This document shows positions 44,201 to 52,799 of a stretch of 64,000 bases of DNA, piece by piece. The notes below the pieces were generated by a model. It was not told where the DNA came from and did not search any database. It saw nothing but the letters and a program-made list of their open reading frames with translations. The translations under genes were made by a program, and so were the position numbers. The DNA is from Savitreella phatthalungensis (taxonomy: Eukaryota). The stretch covers positions 62,001-126,000 of the forward strand of contig AP039702.1 in assembly GCA_051599415.1 (NCBI GenBank). The letters run 5' to 3'. The number at the start of each line of letters is the position of its first letter. Position 1 is the stretch's first letter.

Positions 44201-45139
44201 CAGGAACTCGTTGAGCGCTTGCAAGAGCTGGACTACTGCGTCGGATTTTGTGGGGACGGTGCAAATGACTGCGGCGCGCTCAAAGCAGCTGACGTTGGCA
44301 TCTCGTTGTCGGAGGCCGAAGCATCGGTCGCTGCACCCTTCACGAGCCGGGTTTTCGAAATCTCTTGCGTCGTCGATGTGATTCGGGAAGGACGAGCAGC
44401 ACTGGTCACAAGCTTTTCGTGTTTCAAGTACATGGCTCTATACTCGGCCATACAGTTCACAACAGTGAGTATCCTTTACTTGAAAGCCTCGAATCTCGGC
44501 GACTTCCAGTTCTTGCTGATCGATTTAGCATTGATCTTGCCAATCGCGATCTTCATGGGTCGATCGAAACCTTTTGAGCGACTTGCGCTCCGACCGCCGA
44601 CCGCCAATCTTGTGTCAAAGAAAGTCATGAGCTCATTGCTGGGACATGTGGTTGTAATTGTCTCGCTTCAGCTGCTGGTCTACTTCATCGTTCAAGGTCG
44701 AACATGGTACATCCCTCCAGACAATAATGTGGACGAGCCAAACATCGAGAGCACCGACAACACGGTTTTATTCCTCCTATCTCTTTTCCAATATTGCCTA
44801 GTCGCGGTTGTGTTCAGCGTCGGCCCGCCGTATCGGCAGCCAATGCATCGAAATCTGCTATTTGTTGCCACAATCACCATAGCGCTGTCTTTCTCAGCGT
44901 TTCTAACGCTTAGCCCTGGCAAGGGCCTATCATCCGTTCTTCAGCTCACCAAACTGCCGCTGACTTTCCGAGTCGGCTTAATCCTGGTCGCCGTGGCTAA
45001 TTTGATCATCTCAATCCTAGGGGAGAGCCACTTTGTTCGACTAGCGCGGATTATGCTTACAACGTTCCGGCAAGCAAGCGGTGTCAACAAGAAAAAGCGC
45101 AAAGCCTGGAAGGTCATTACAGAGGACATGCGTATGTAG
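41219..45139 (+). CDS. YPK9: P5B-type ATPase (Ypk9/ATP13A2-like)
   Basis: LTGES, P5B motif VPPALP, CFDKTGTLT, KGAPE, TGDN and FCGDGANDCGALK. First convincing ATG is 41219 (MSSYRARRDS). Confidence 0.94.
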   Translation: MSSYRARRDSRVPLSESRHDEDFAEHASESIFDGPISQSIPTSQTGFAHNTSFSAQRLQSDAAQELLAVQQFRSDYDEELEGRSMLSFDEAISDIESSADTESVASSRRTSVSTADGTPNPLFRRHSQESGLSGSGQRRHGRTSQKVYLQDEDLFIIIAGFRDDRIRSILYHVFCLLTLGLGYLMLRWLPRWQIRLTGVQCPLASCEWVVIENQWHEVSTHRVGSVPFEAYLSTLFDSGSETEMPEEADPFIELARFVDYRYIRFVWHEGVQRFMIYNNYKDRRWRGTIRDCRRGLDEAVKDQRLSIFGQNVVDVQAKRLGQLLVDEALHPFYIFQIASILLWSFDEYYYYATCIFVISIATVASTVIETRSTMLRLREMARFTCEIRALRNGYWQICGSEDLVPGDIIEVSDPSISTLPCDALLLAGECIVNESMLTGESVPVPKTAAGDKALHRLANSAVAISPELAKHYLFAGTRLIQVKRPLATEEDDGIALAMCTRTAFNTTKGALVRSMLFPKPTGFKFYRDSFRFIGVMALVAMCGFIVSAVNFVRLGLPLVAILVRALDLITIVVPPALPATLTIGTSFSISRMRRKQIFCIAPTRVNVAGKINVMCFDKTGTLTEDGLDVLGVRTIYSNAFVPIAEACEALPVADENRLSIIRVMATCHSLRMIDDDLLGDPLDDKMFRFSGWSYEESNDRAFETQRMVSPGNPKESGRKHRSAIGRSGAGGISPAVVRSGRDKTLEIGIIKQYDFVSSLRRMSVITKQFGSSDMEVYLKGAPEIMREVCRPESFPADYEDVLATYTHDGYRVIACAGRKIPGLSWIKAQKLKRAQAEKDLDFLGFIVFENKLKSSTPDALRSLNDANIRTIMCTGDNVLTAVSVARESSLIPEHVFVFGPKFGEAGGPRNPLQRIVWQTMEGPQIQLDPVTMLPSADPHSIDLQSPFERSALQDYRLAITGEVFRWMVDFAPKSTLERMLIKTSVFARMSPDEKQELVERLQELDYCVGFCGDGANDCGALKAADVGISLSEAEASVAAPFTSRVFEISCVVDVIREGRAALVTSFSCFKYMALYSAIQFTTVSILYLKASNLGDFQFLLIDLALILPIAIFMGRSKPFERLALRPPTANLVSKKVMSSLLGHVVVIVSLQLLVYFIVQGRTWYIPPDNNVDEPNIESTDNTVLFLLSLFQYCLVAVVFSVGPPYRQPMHRNLLFVATITIALSFSAFLTLSPGKGLSSVLQLTKLPLTFRVGLILVAVANLIISILGESHFVRLARIMLTTFRQASGVNKKKRKAWKVITEDMRM

Positions 45140-45217
45140 GCAAAAATGTATGAACGTACGGAGAGATCGAAAAGGATCGGTCGCCCGGTGAATATCGAGT
45201 TTGTAAGCTCTTCAGTG

Positions 45218-46654
45218 TCATGCTGAGCTTACTTCCTTTGCTTCCTTCTTTGCCTTTTTAGCAGCCTTTCGAGCCTTGCGCTCCTCCTCCGTCTCGTCAC
45301 CCTTGCGCTTCTTATTTTTCGTGACTGGTTCGCCGTTTGCGCTGGCGGGGGATGTACTGAGGACAGTCCGCGCTATCGGTTCTTCATCAGCTCGCACAGC
45401 AGGGGCGACGGTCAAAGCATGCGGCGCGTCATCGTGCGGAGCCGTGTAGTCCACATACGAGTTTTTCCAATCCACAGGAGTATTTTCGTTTGTCCGGCCA
45501 TATTTGTCCAGCTTACCTTCGGCTTTAAGAGACTTCTTCTTCATGCTTTGCGGCCCCAAGCCCCAGCGTCGAGGATACAGATCACGTTGCATGATGACAC
45601 GCTTGATACGGGCGGCAACGCCGTGATCGCATGTTGAAAGTTCCACAGTTGACATTTGAGCGATGCCAAGGGCAATTGCTTCACCCTTTGTCGTCATGAG
45701 CACAACTTCCTCATTGACCTCAATACCTTGTTCATATCGAAGCAGCCCAGGCAGCATAAGCTTAGCGCCGTAACAGACCGCATTTACTGCGCTGTCCTTC
45801 ACGACAAGACGTTTGTATCCAATGAGCAGGGACTCAAGTGGACGAACGACACGTCGAAGGTAGCTCTCGTCTCTAGTATTGTCGAACAGCCACTGGGAAT
45901 CAAGAATGTCGTGCATGGTGACAATATTGTCATTCTCGCTGAGGGCTCCAGAGCGGACACGGCGCAGCTCCTGCATGTGACCACCGACGCCAAGCAGAAG
46001 GCCTAAATGGACACAAAGCGTACGGATATAGGTGCCAGCTTCGCAGGAGACCCAAAACACGGCGAGGTTGCGATTGCTGTCGAATTCGAGCAATTTGGAT
46101 TCATGGATGGTGCGAATGCGGAGCTGTCGCTTTACAGCAGAGATCAATGGAGGCCGCTGGAATAAGGCTCCAGTCAGTGTCTCCAAGGCCCACGCCACCT
46201 TCTTTTCAGACTCGACCTTGTCGTGAAGACGAAGTACAGCGACGTATTCCTTGCCGGCCCCTTGTTGGGACTTGACGAGGCGAGTGGCACGATCGAGGCA
46301 TACAATCAGAGTACCGGTCACAGCAGGATCGAGTGTGCCACTATGACCTGTCTTCTCACGGCGCAAGATCTTTTTGATCCAAGCCACGACTTCGTGTGAC
46401 GAGGGTCTGCTTGGCTTGTCGACATTGATAACGCCAGACTCGAGGTACTCAGGCAGCGGACGGCTGAGCGGTGAATGCCCACAGGGAATGGGTGTGAAGT
46501 GTCCAGTGCGGACTAAAAGCTGGGAATAATTGCGTAGCAGGAGGGGCCAGTTGGAAGTGTCCAAAGCCGGCGCGGTTGCGATTGGCTTGATTTGGTAATC
46601 TTCCCCATCCTTCGAGGACGAGAAAGATGTCTTTTGTTCCGGCGCAACCGACAT
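45218..46654 (-). CDS. CBF5: H/ACA pseudouridine synthase (dyskerin)
   Basis: [48 protein letters not shown], a PUA domain and a K/E-rich tail. Confidence 0.97.
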   Translation of the reverse strand: MSVAPEQKTSFSSSKDGEDYQIKPIATAPALDTSNWPLLLRNYSQLLVRTGHFTPIPCGHSPLSRPLPEYLESGVINVDKPSRPSSHEVVAWIKKILRREKTGHSGTLDPAVTGTLIVCLDRATRLVKSQQGAGKEYVAVLRLHDKVESEKKVAWALETLTGALFQRPPLISAVKRQLRIRTIHESKLLEFDSNRNLAVFWVSCEAGTYIRTLCVHLGLLLGVGGHMQELRRVRSGALSENDNIVTMHDILDSQWLFDNTRDESYLRRVVRPLESLLIGYKRLVVKDSAVNAVCYGAKLMLPGLLRYEQGIEVNEEVVLMTTKGEAIALGIAQMSTVELSTCDHGVAARIKRVIMQRDLYPRRWGLGPQSMKKKSLKAEGKLDKYGRTNENTPVDWKNSYVDYTAPHDDAPHALTVAPAVRADEEPIARTVLSTSPASANGEPVTKNKKRKGDETEEERKARKAAKKAKKEAKEVSSA

Positions 46655-48424
46655 CGTCGTGGCAGAAGCGCAGGGAGCGATACGATGATTTGTGTAGGTT
46701 CAGGTACTTTACAAGGATGAAAACCAGCCAGTTGCCAGATTTTACTGAGCCGCATGGATAATTTGCTGGTCGGCCCTGACGGAAATTCATCTCGATCGCA
46801 ATGCACGTGTTCAAATGGAATAAGCGGTGCAGAGTCAAATTGACGTGTACTTCCGCAGAGTACACGTGCAATCCTGATAGTTCGTCAACATAAGCAACAG
46901 ACCATCTTGGTAGACTGCCATGACTTGTATTGTGGAGGGAGCCATGGGCCCCTGCAGAAGACATACCAGCATGGACTCGCACAATTGTCAAGACCAATAG
47001 TGTCTTTCACAACAAAACCAGTATGTGTGTTCCTCAATGCTGGTCTCGATTCGATGGTCTGTCAAGTCTCAATCATTACTGTAGACAATCGAGCATGAAG
47101 AATCCTACACTAGCGAGAATCGCTTGAGGATGAGGCCGTGACGAGACTCAGGAAACGCTCTAGTTCGGCAATCGAAAAATTGCGGCCTATCGACATTCAG
47201 GTCCTTTACTCCAAGATGACACGATATTGTGCGTGAGCTGTAGCCACGGAGAATTTTCTGTCGTGTGGCACTATATTGATGAGGTCTCTGAGGCTTACAG
47301 CTGTGGATTCAATTTTATTTGCGCATGTGACAGGTGCAGCGTGCGACAAACTGCCGAATGATACTGTTGGTTCTAGAGTGGCCAGCAGAAGGCGCCGTAG
47401 GCCAAGCGACTGCGCATCTGATCAGAACGAGTTGATTACTCCACTTGTTGAGCGTCCGGAGGCAAGAAATAAGGCTTTCTTCAAAGATCGATATAATGGT
47501 CCAAATATATGATATCCACAATATCTTGCAAGCTCGTAGACTATATTGACGAATCACACGTTCAAGAATGTTAGTGCCGCCGGGATGTCAATAGCGTCGG
47601 AAAGCTTCGACAGGAGACATGCTGAGCACGGGTCGAGATGCAATTTACTGTCCAATTGTCAATGTGCAGTGTTTCGCTCATCAGCCGATCTCTAAGTCCA
47701 GTCATGAGCGAGCTCAAATTGGACTCGATCATTTTTTTACATCTACCAGATGTCGTGCCCTGTCGGCCGGCATCTACGCGCTGAAGACTCCGATGACAAA
47801 TTGAATGCACGTAGTCTGACGAGGAGCGCAAAATTGCATGAGATGAATAGCTAGGCTTACCGAATCAATACTTCTTCGATACTCTTCGTGGGCGCCTTTT
47901 CCCTGCATAAGCCTGCTCTGCAGCCTCCTGCATGAACCACATCGCCATCATCGTCCACTGTCTACAAAAGACGGTTGAGTTGCTCGATGAGCTCCACGAC
48001 TATCCCTATAAAAAATTTGTGCTATCGCACGGGTGGAATTCTCCCGTCGGCCGTGCAGCTACAACGCCTTCAGCGCTGGACTGGAGGCAGAGCCGGCACA
48101 ATCACGGAGGACAATGAATCGTTGTGCTCTCATGCACTGCTGACTTGTGAGACAAACGCCGGCTGCGCAGGCTTCGTAACCGACAAAATTGAAAGCCGAG
48201 CACCGTAATTTGGAGGCTGTCCAAAGTCGATGCAGGCCCCGTCGAGCGATGACATATGCAACATGCATCCGAGCCATTATTCATTCAATTTTGATGACGT
48301 ACCCAGATTAAGACGCGCCGACACGAGAAAAAATCAGAAATCATTGAGCACGCCTACAATACGCGACGTGGCACAACGAGTTTGCCGGACCTACGTCAAG
48401 TCCTCCTTCAAATCGTGAAGGCCC

Positions 48425-50836
48425 ATGACGGCCAAACATGATGCGTCCAGTACCAGAAGCCAATGCTCACGAGATGCTGTACAGCCAAACAACAACGCTG
48501 ATTGTCAAGACGACAAGGCCTCAACCCATGTCGGTGAGTTATCGAAAGCTATGATTGTCGAAGAGGCCAGACTTCAGAAAGAGGCAGAGAAAATTGAGGC
48601 TAGACAGCGCAAATCTCATGCCAAGGATGAACTCTCCAGACTTGAGCACTCGGCCAGGCATTTGCGCTTAAAGTTCTTAATCGACCGGTCAAAAGTCTAT
48701 ACGTCAATCTTATCCGAAAAGCTCTTGAAACAGCAGGAGGCTTCGCGGGCTCGAGGAACGCACACGAGCGCCATGGACGGCTCGACCCAGCCGAAAGTCG
48801 AGAAAGGAGTGTCTAGTTCAAACCGCTCGAGCGCGTATCATATTGCAGAATACATCGACGCCGGTGAGTTCGGCGCCAAGCAGTCTACCAGATCTGCCTT
48901 GAGAGACGCCTCAAGGAGTGAAGACGCTGAAGAAGGTCCGAGAACAGTGGGCGTATGCGGAGCATCCGGCCATGAGAGGACTCGAAAAAGACAACCTGAG
49001 CTGATCACTGGTGGGTATCTCAAGGACTATCAGCTTTCCGGTGTCGAGTGGCTGGTCTCTCTCTATGAGAACGGACTTAATGGTATTCTCGCGGACGAAA
49101 TGGGCCTCGGCAAGACTTTGCAAACTATAGCCTTCTTGGCCTTTCTCCGTGAGAAAGGCGTTGTAGGCCCTTATCTGGTCTGTGCGCCGCTGAGTACGAT
49201 TGCTAATTGGGTCAAGGAATTCCGCCGATTCGCGCCGAAGATACCAGTCCTTCTTTACCACGGGGACAAAGCTGCCCGGGCAGACATGCGGAAGCTGCAT
49301 AAGTTTAACAGCAAAGTTGATGAGGACTTCCCCGTCATTGTGACCTCGTATGAGATTGTCATGCATGATCGAAAATACCTACAGAATCTACACTGGAAAT
49401 ACATCGTTGTAGATGAAGGGCACCGACTGAAGAATCTAAATTGTCGCCTCATCAGAGAGCTCAAATCTTACAGCACTGCGAATAGGCTTCTGTTGACCGG
49501 CACTCCCTTGCAGAACAATCTGACCGAGCTATGGTCGCTTCTGAACTTTCTCTTGCCGGATATTTTTTCCGACCTGGAGTCCTTCCAGAGCTGGTTTGAC
49601 TTCTCCTCACTCGAAGCAAACGCCTCATCCTCTGATCGCGCCGATATGGTCATCGATGACGATCTTGTTTCCAATTTGCATCACATCCTGAAACCGTTCT
49701 TGTTACGTCGACTGAAAATAGACGTCGAGCACGAATTGCCACCCAAACGCGAGTACTTACTGTATGCGCCCTTAACGCGGATCCAAAAGGAGATGTACCG
49801 AGATGCCCTTCAAAAGTCGGCTAGTGCGTACTCAACGGTCGAGCAAGATGATGAAGGCTCGGAAGTCCGCGAGGACGAGCTATCACTCGGACCAGAAGGG
49901 CTATCAGGTACTCGTCTGAAGCTCGTCAATCGGCTTATGTATTTGCGCAAGGTGTGCAACCATCCTTACCAGATCGAGTGGCCTGTACAGACAGGTACTG
50001 AAAAGTACGTGGTTGATGAAAGTTTGGTACTTCGGAGCGGGAAGATGCTCCTCCTTCGACGCCTGCTGCAGGAATTATTTCGACGCAATCACAAGGTGCT
50101 CGTATTCTCGCAATTCACGTCAATGCTGGACATCATCGAGGTCTGGTCGGAAGACGTGATGAAGTGGCAAATATGTCGAATCGACGGCAACACAGGTCAG
50201 GACGCCCGGCAAAAGATGATCGACGACTTCAACAGTACGTCAAGCGCGGCCCGCCTATTTCTACTCAGTACGCGAGCAGGCGGCCTAGGAATCAGCCTGA
50301 CTGCTAGTGATACGGTCATCCTTTTCGATTCCGATTGGAACCCTCAAAATGATCTACAGGCCATGGATCGAGCACATCGAATCGGGCAAAAGAAACCTGT
50401 CATAGTCTACCGTCTCGTAACAGCGAACACCATTGAACAAGCACTGATCGACAGAGCAACCAACAAACGTCGGCTTGAGAAAATCGTCATTTCAAAAAAC
50501 CAATTCAAATCAATCCTGCAGTCGTCTCGGCTTGCAGGAAAGGAGTTGGCACAAATCTTAACGGACGATGATGCCGAGCACATTCGCACCGTAGAGGAGC
50601 CGAACAGAGACCGCGATGGAATGCAGACACGAAAGCGGAAGCGCAAGTCGGACGCCAGCCAAAGCTCAGATATCGACTACCCACAAATCTTGAGCGATGA
50701 AGAGCTTGCAGTCTTGCTTGACCGATCCGAGAGTGCATACAAGCGTGCAGTCGAAAAGCCCGACATGTCGGACAACTTTGCCTCGATCGAGACCGCGGGC
50801 CTGAACGAGGGGGACAAACTCGCTACGCGCATATAA
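48425..50836 (+). CDS. IRC5: SNF2-family chromatin remodeller of the LSH/HELLS/DDM1 (Irc5) subfamily
   Basis: QPELITGGYLKDYQ...LYENGLNGILADEMGLGKT, DEGHRLKNLNCRLIRELK, RLLLTGTPLQNNL, STRAGGLGI, QAMDRAHRIGQ. N-terminal coiled coil; no HAND/SANT, bromo or chromo domains seen. Confidence 0.85.
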   Translation: MTAKHDASSTRSQCSRDAVQPNNNADCQDDKASTHVGELSKAMIVEEARLQKEAEKIEARQRKSHAKDELSRLEHSARHLRLKFLIDRSKVYTSILSEKLLKQQEASRARGTHTSAMDGSTQPKVEKGVSSSNRSSAYHIAEYIDAGEFGAKQSTRSALRDASRSEDAEEGPRTVGVCGASGHERTRKRQPELITGGYLKDYQLSGVEWLVSLYENGLNGILADEMGLGKTLQTIAFLAFLREKGVVGPYLVCAPLSTIANWVKEFRRFAPKIPVLLYHGDKAARADMRKLHKFNSKVDEDFPVIVTSYEIVMHDRKYLQNLHWKYIVVDEGHRLKNLNCRLIRELKSYSTANRLLLTGTPLQNNLTELWSLLNFLLPDIFSDLESFQSWFDFSSLEANASSSDRADMVIDDDLVSNLHHILKPFLLRRLKIDVEHELPPKREYLLYAPLTRIQKEMYRDALQKSASAYSTVEQDDEGSEVREDELSLGPEGLSGTRLKLVNRLMYLRKVCNHPYQIEWPVQTGTEKYVVDESLVLRSGKMLLLRRLLQELFRRNHKVLVFSQFTSMLDIIEVWSEDVMKWQICRIDGNTGQDARQKMIDDFNSTSSAARLFLLSTRAGGLGISLTASDTVILFDSDWNPQNDLQAMDRAHRIGQKKPVIVYRLVTANTIEQALIDRATNKRRLEKIVISKNQFKSILQSSRLAGKELAQILTDDDAEHIRTVEEPNRDRDGMQTRKRKRKSDASQSSDIDYPQILSDEELAVLLDRSESAYKRAVEKPDMSDNFASIETAGLNEGDKLATRI

Positions 50837-50873
50837 GGCAGCACAAGGCTTCGTGGACATAGTCATTGACTAT

Positions 50874-52034
50874 CTACGATCCGCTGCTTGCCGTGAGCAG
50901 CTCGCCTGACTGTGACCTGACCAGCTGCCTTTTATCCGTCTTACCTTTCAAGTGAATGTGATATTCCCAGCGCGCAGGCGCTGTTATCGAAGCTCCAGCG
51001 ATAGACCGGCTCTCGTCGACTTTCTCATCGCCGCTTCGCCTGCTCCCACGCTCTTTCTCATATGCAGAATTCTGCAGAAACTTCCTGATTTTGAGCTCAT
51101 GCCGTTCCGCAGATGGCTTTTTGCCTAATTCCTGCGCCGCTTGCTCCGGCGTCATGTCAAGTGCTTCAGGGATGAGCTTGAAGCGCTGCGGCGTCTGGTC
51201 TATTTCGTGTTCGTTTACATGCTCATAAGAGCTTGGAATGTGCGAATCATCAAGACCAAGCATATGATTCATTTTGGTATTGAAGGACAGCATGAATGGT
51301 CGTTCCTGTTAAATGTCAGTCTCTGTTGTCAGATCGATACAGCTGCAAGCGATTGAGACGTCGCGGTTACAGCGCGAACGTGCGGTCAAGATCAGCGATA
51401 TCTTGTTCGTAACCATGTCGGTGTGCTTCAAGACTAATCGAATGTTTTAGCATCATTCGTTACGCCCGATCGCGCTCCATCAACGGCGACGTGGCTCATG
51501 CTTTGTGCTCTGATGACTTACCTCGTGTGACCATTGCTGGGCTACTCGACGAAGCTTGAGTATCGCCTCGACTCTCTCTAGCGATACGCCGTACGACAAA
51601 GAAATTTGACGCAGGCTTTGTCCTTTGCTCCAGTCCTGATATATTGCCTCTTTGACGGCTCGTGCGAGAGGTGGCCGTGGTCTGAAAGCTGGATTGAGCG
51701 GAAATGGATACGGCTTACCGTCCAGATAGTTTGTTTTGCCCGGAGACCCGCTTTCGTCAATGTATGTTTTACCAGTAGTATTGAGCCAATTGACAAAATT
51801 GCGCCGCGTGCTGCGAGATGCGGTGTTTTTGCTGAGCTTTGAGACATTGTGCGGTGTATTCGAAGCTGTCGTCGCTATAGCCTCGCCTGTACAACTCTCG
51901 GGATCTGCATCCTGCTGTCTCAAGAGCTGAGAGTTATGAAGCCTTGCGACTCGCGCTGGCAAGGAACACACCTCCAAACACAGGCTTCTGTATAGAGATG
52001 TGCGACACGCTTGTTTTGAATGGAAGGGGATCAT
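50874..52034 (-). CDS. MRPS35: Mitochondrial small-subunit ribosomal protein mS45 (Mrps35/Bot1); intron 51306-51521
   Basis: PFPLNPAFRPRPPL...IYQDW..GQSLRQIS..YGVSLERVEAILKL. A 216-nt intron (GTAAGT...ACTGAC...CAG) joins WSHE|ERPFMLSF in frame with ORF 50874-51293. Confidence 0.85.
51388..51460 (-). ncRNA. Intronic box C/D snoRNA candidate
   Basis: On the minus strand: C-like ATGATG (51456-51451), guide TTCGATTAGTCTT complementary to the conserved LSU rRNA sequence AAGACUAAUCGAA, D' TTGA, C'-like TGGTTA and D CTGA (51395-51392), all enclosed by a long external stem. Confidence 0.75.
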
Positions 52035-52799
52035 GTTGGGGCGGTGTGACTGTCAGACTTCGACGCTATTTTTCGTCCTCGTAAAGGTACGCCAGTATTG
52101 TCCGGACTCGTCCCAGACGTTCGCCAGGCGTTGTTGCACTCGAAAGTGGTCAGTCGCGATCGTGCTCAAACCCATTGAGATTTTAAATTACTTAACGGGC
52201 TAGAAGATTGATCAAGATCAATTGCAAATTGATCGATATACGTACGTACGTACGTACATATGAATTTACATTATATTTAGCGCTATTAAACTTGAGTCGA
52301 TCTCAATCAAAGATGAATGTTTGCACAATTGACAGAATAAATGGTCACAATTAGATGCATTAATCAGGACCACATGAAATTCCCTCCAAATTTAGCAAAG
52401 AAGCGCTTGATTGTGCTTCATCATAAATTAATTGAGTGGTAGGTGGGCAGCAATTTTGTGATAGCCACACATAGATCCGTGGAGCGGTACTTGTTCGTCT
52501 GTCTGTATGCAATGAGGCGCGGGATCACTAACGCGCGTGCCCGTAACCAATGGCTGAAAGTGTCCCTCTCCAATACAAAGTTGCTGTTGACTAGCTGATG
52601 AGTACGAGTATCGTTCTCGGGCTACGCTGTCAGCTTTGAAAATCAGGCGGCAGCAACGACCACAGCATCTCTGGATCTGAAGACGGAGCTGCGACTCTGA
52701 TAGTCGGTGAATCGGAAGGTATCCCTCTGCCGATCGAGGGAAGGGAGGGTGTCCAAGGCGCCATCGATGGAGAGGGCGCTTCACGACGTGCTGTAAGTC

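Noticed and set aside
46897..47062. 10-bp inverted repeat ACAGACCATC...GATGGTCTGT around a CpG-poor 166-bp stretch
   Set aside because: Could be a tiny MITE, but there is no TSD or second copy, and a 10-bp match is near chance given the number of regions scanned.
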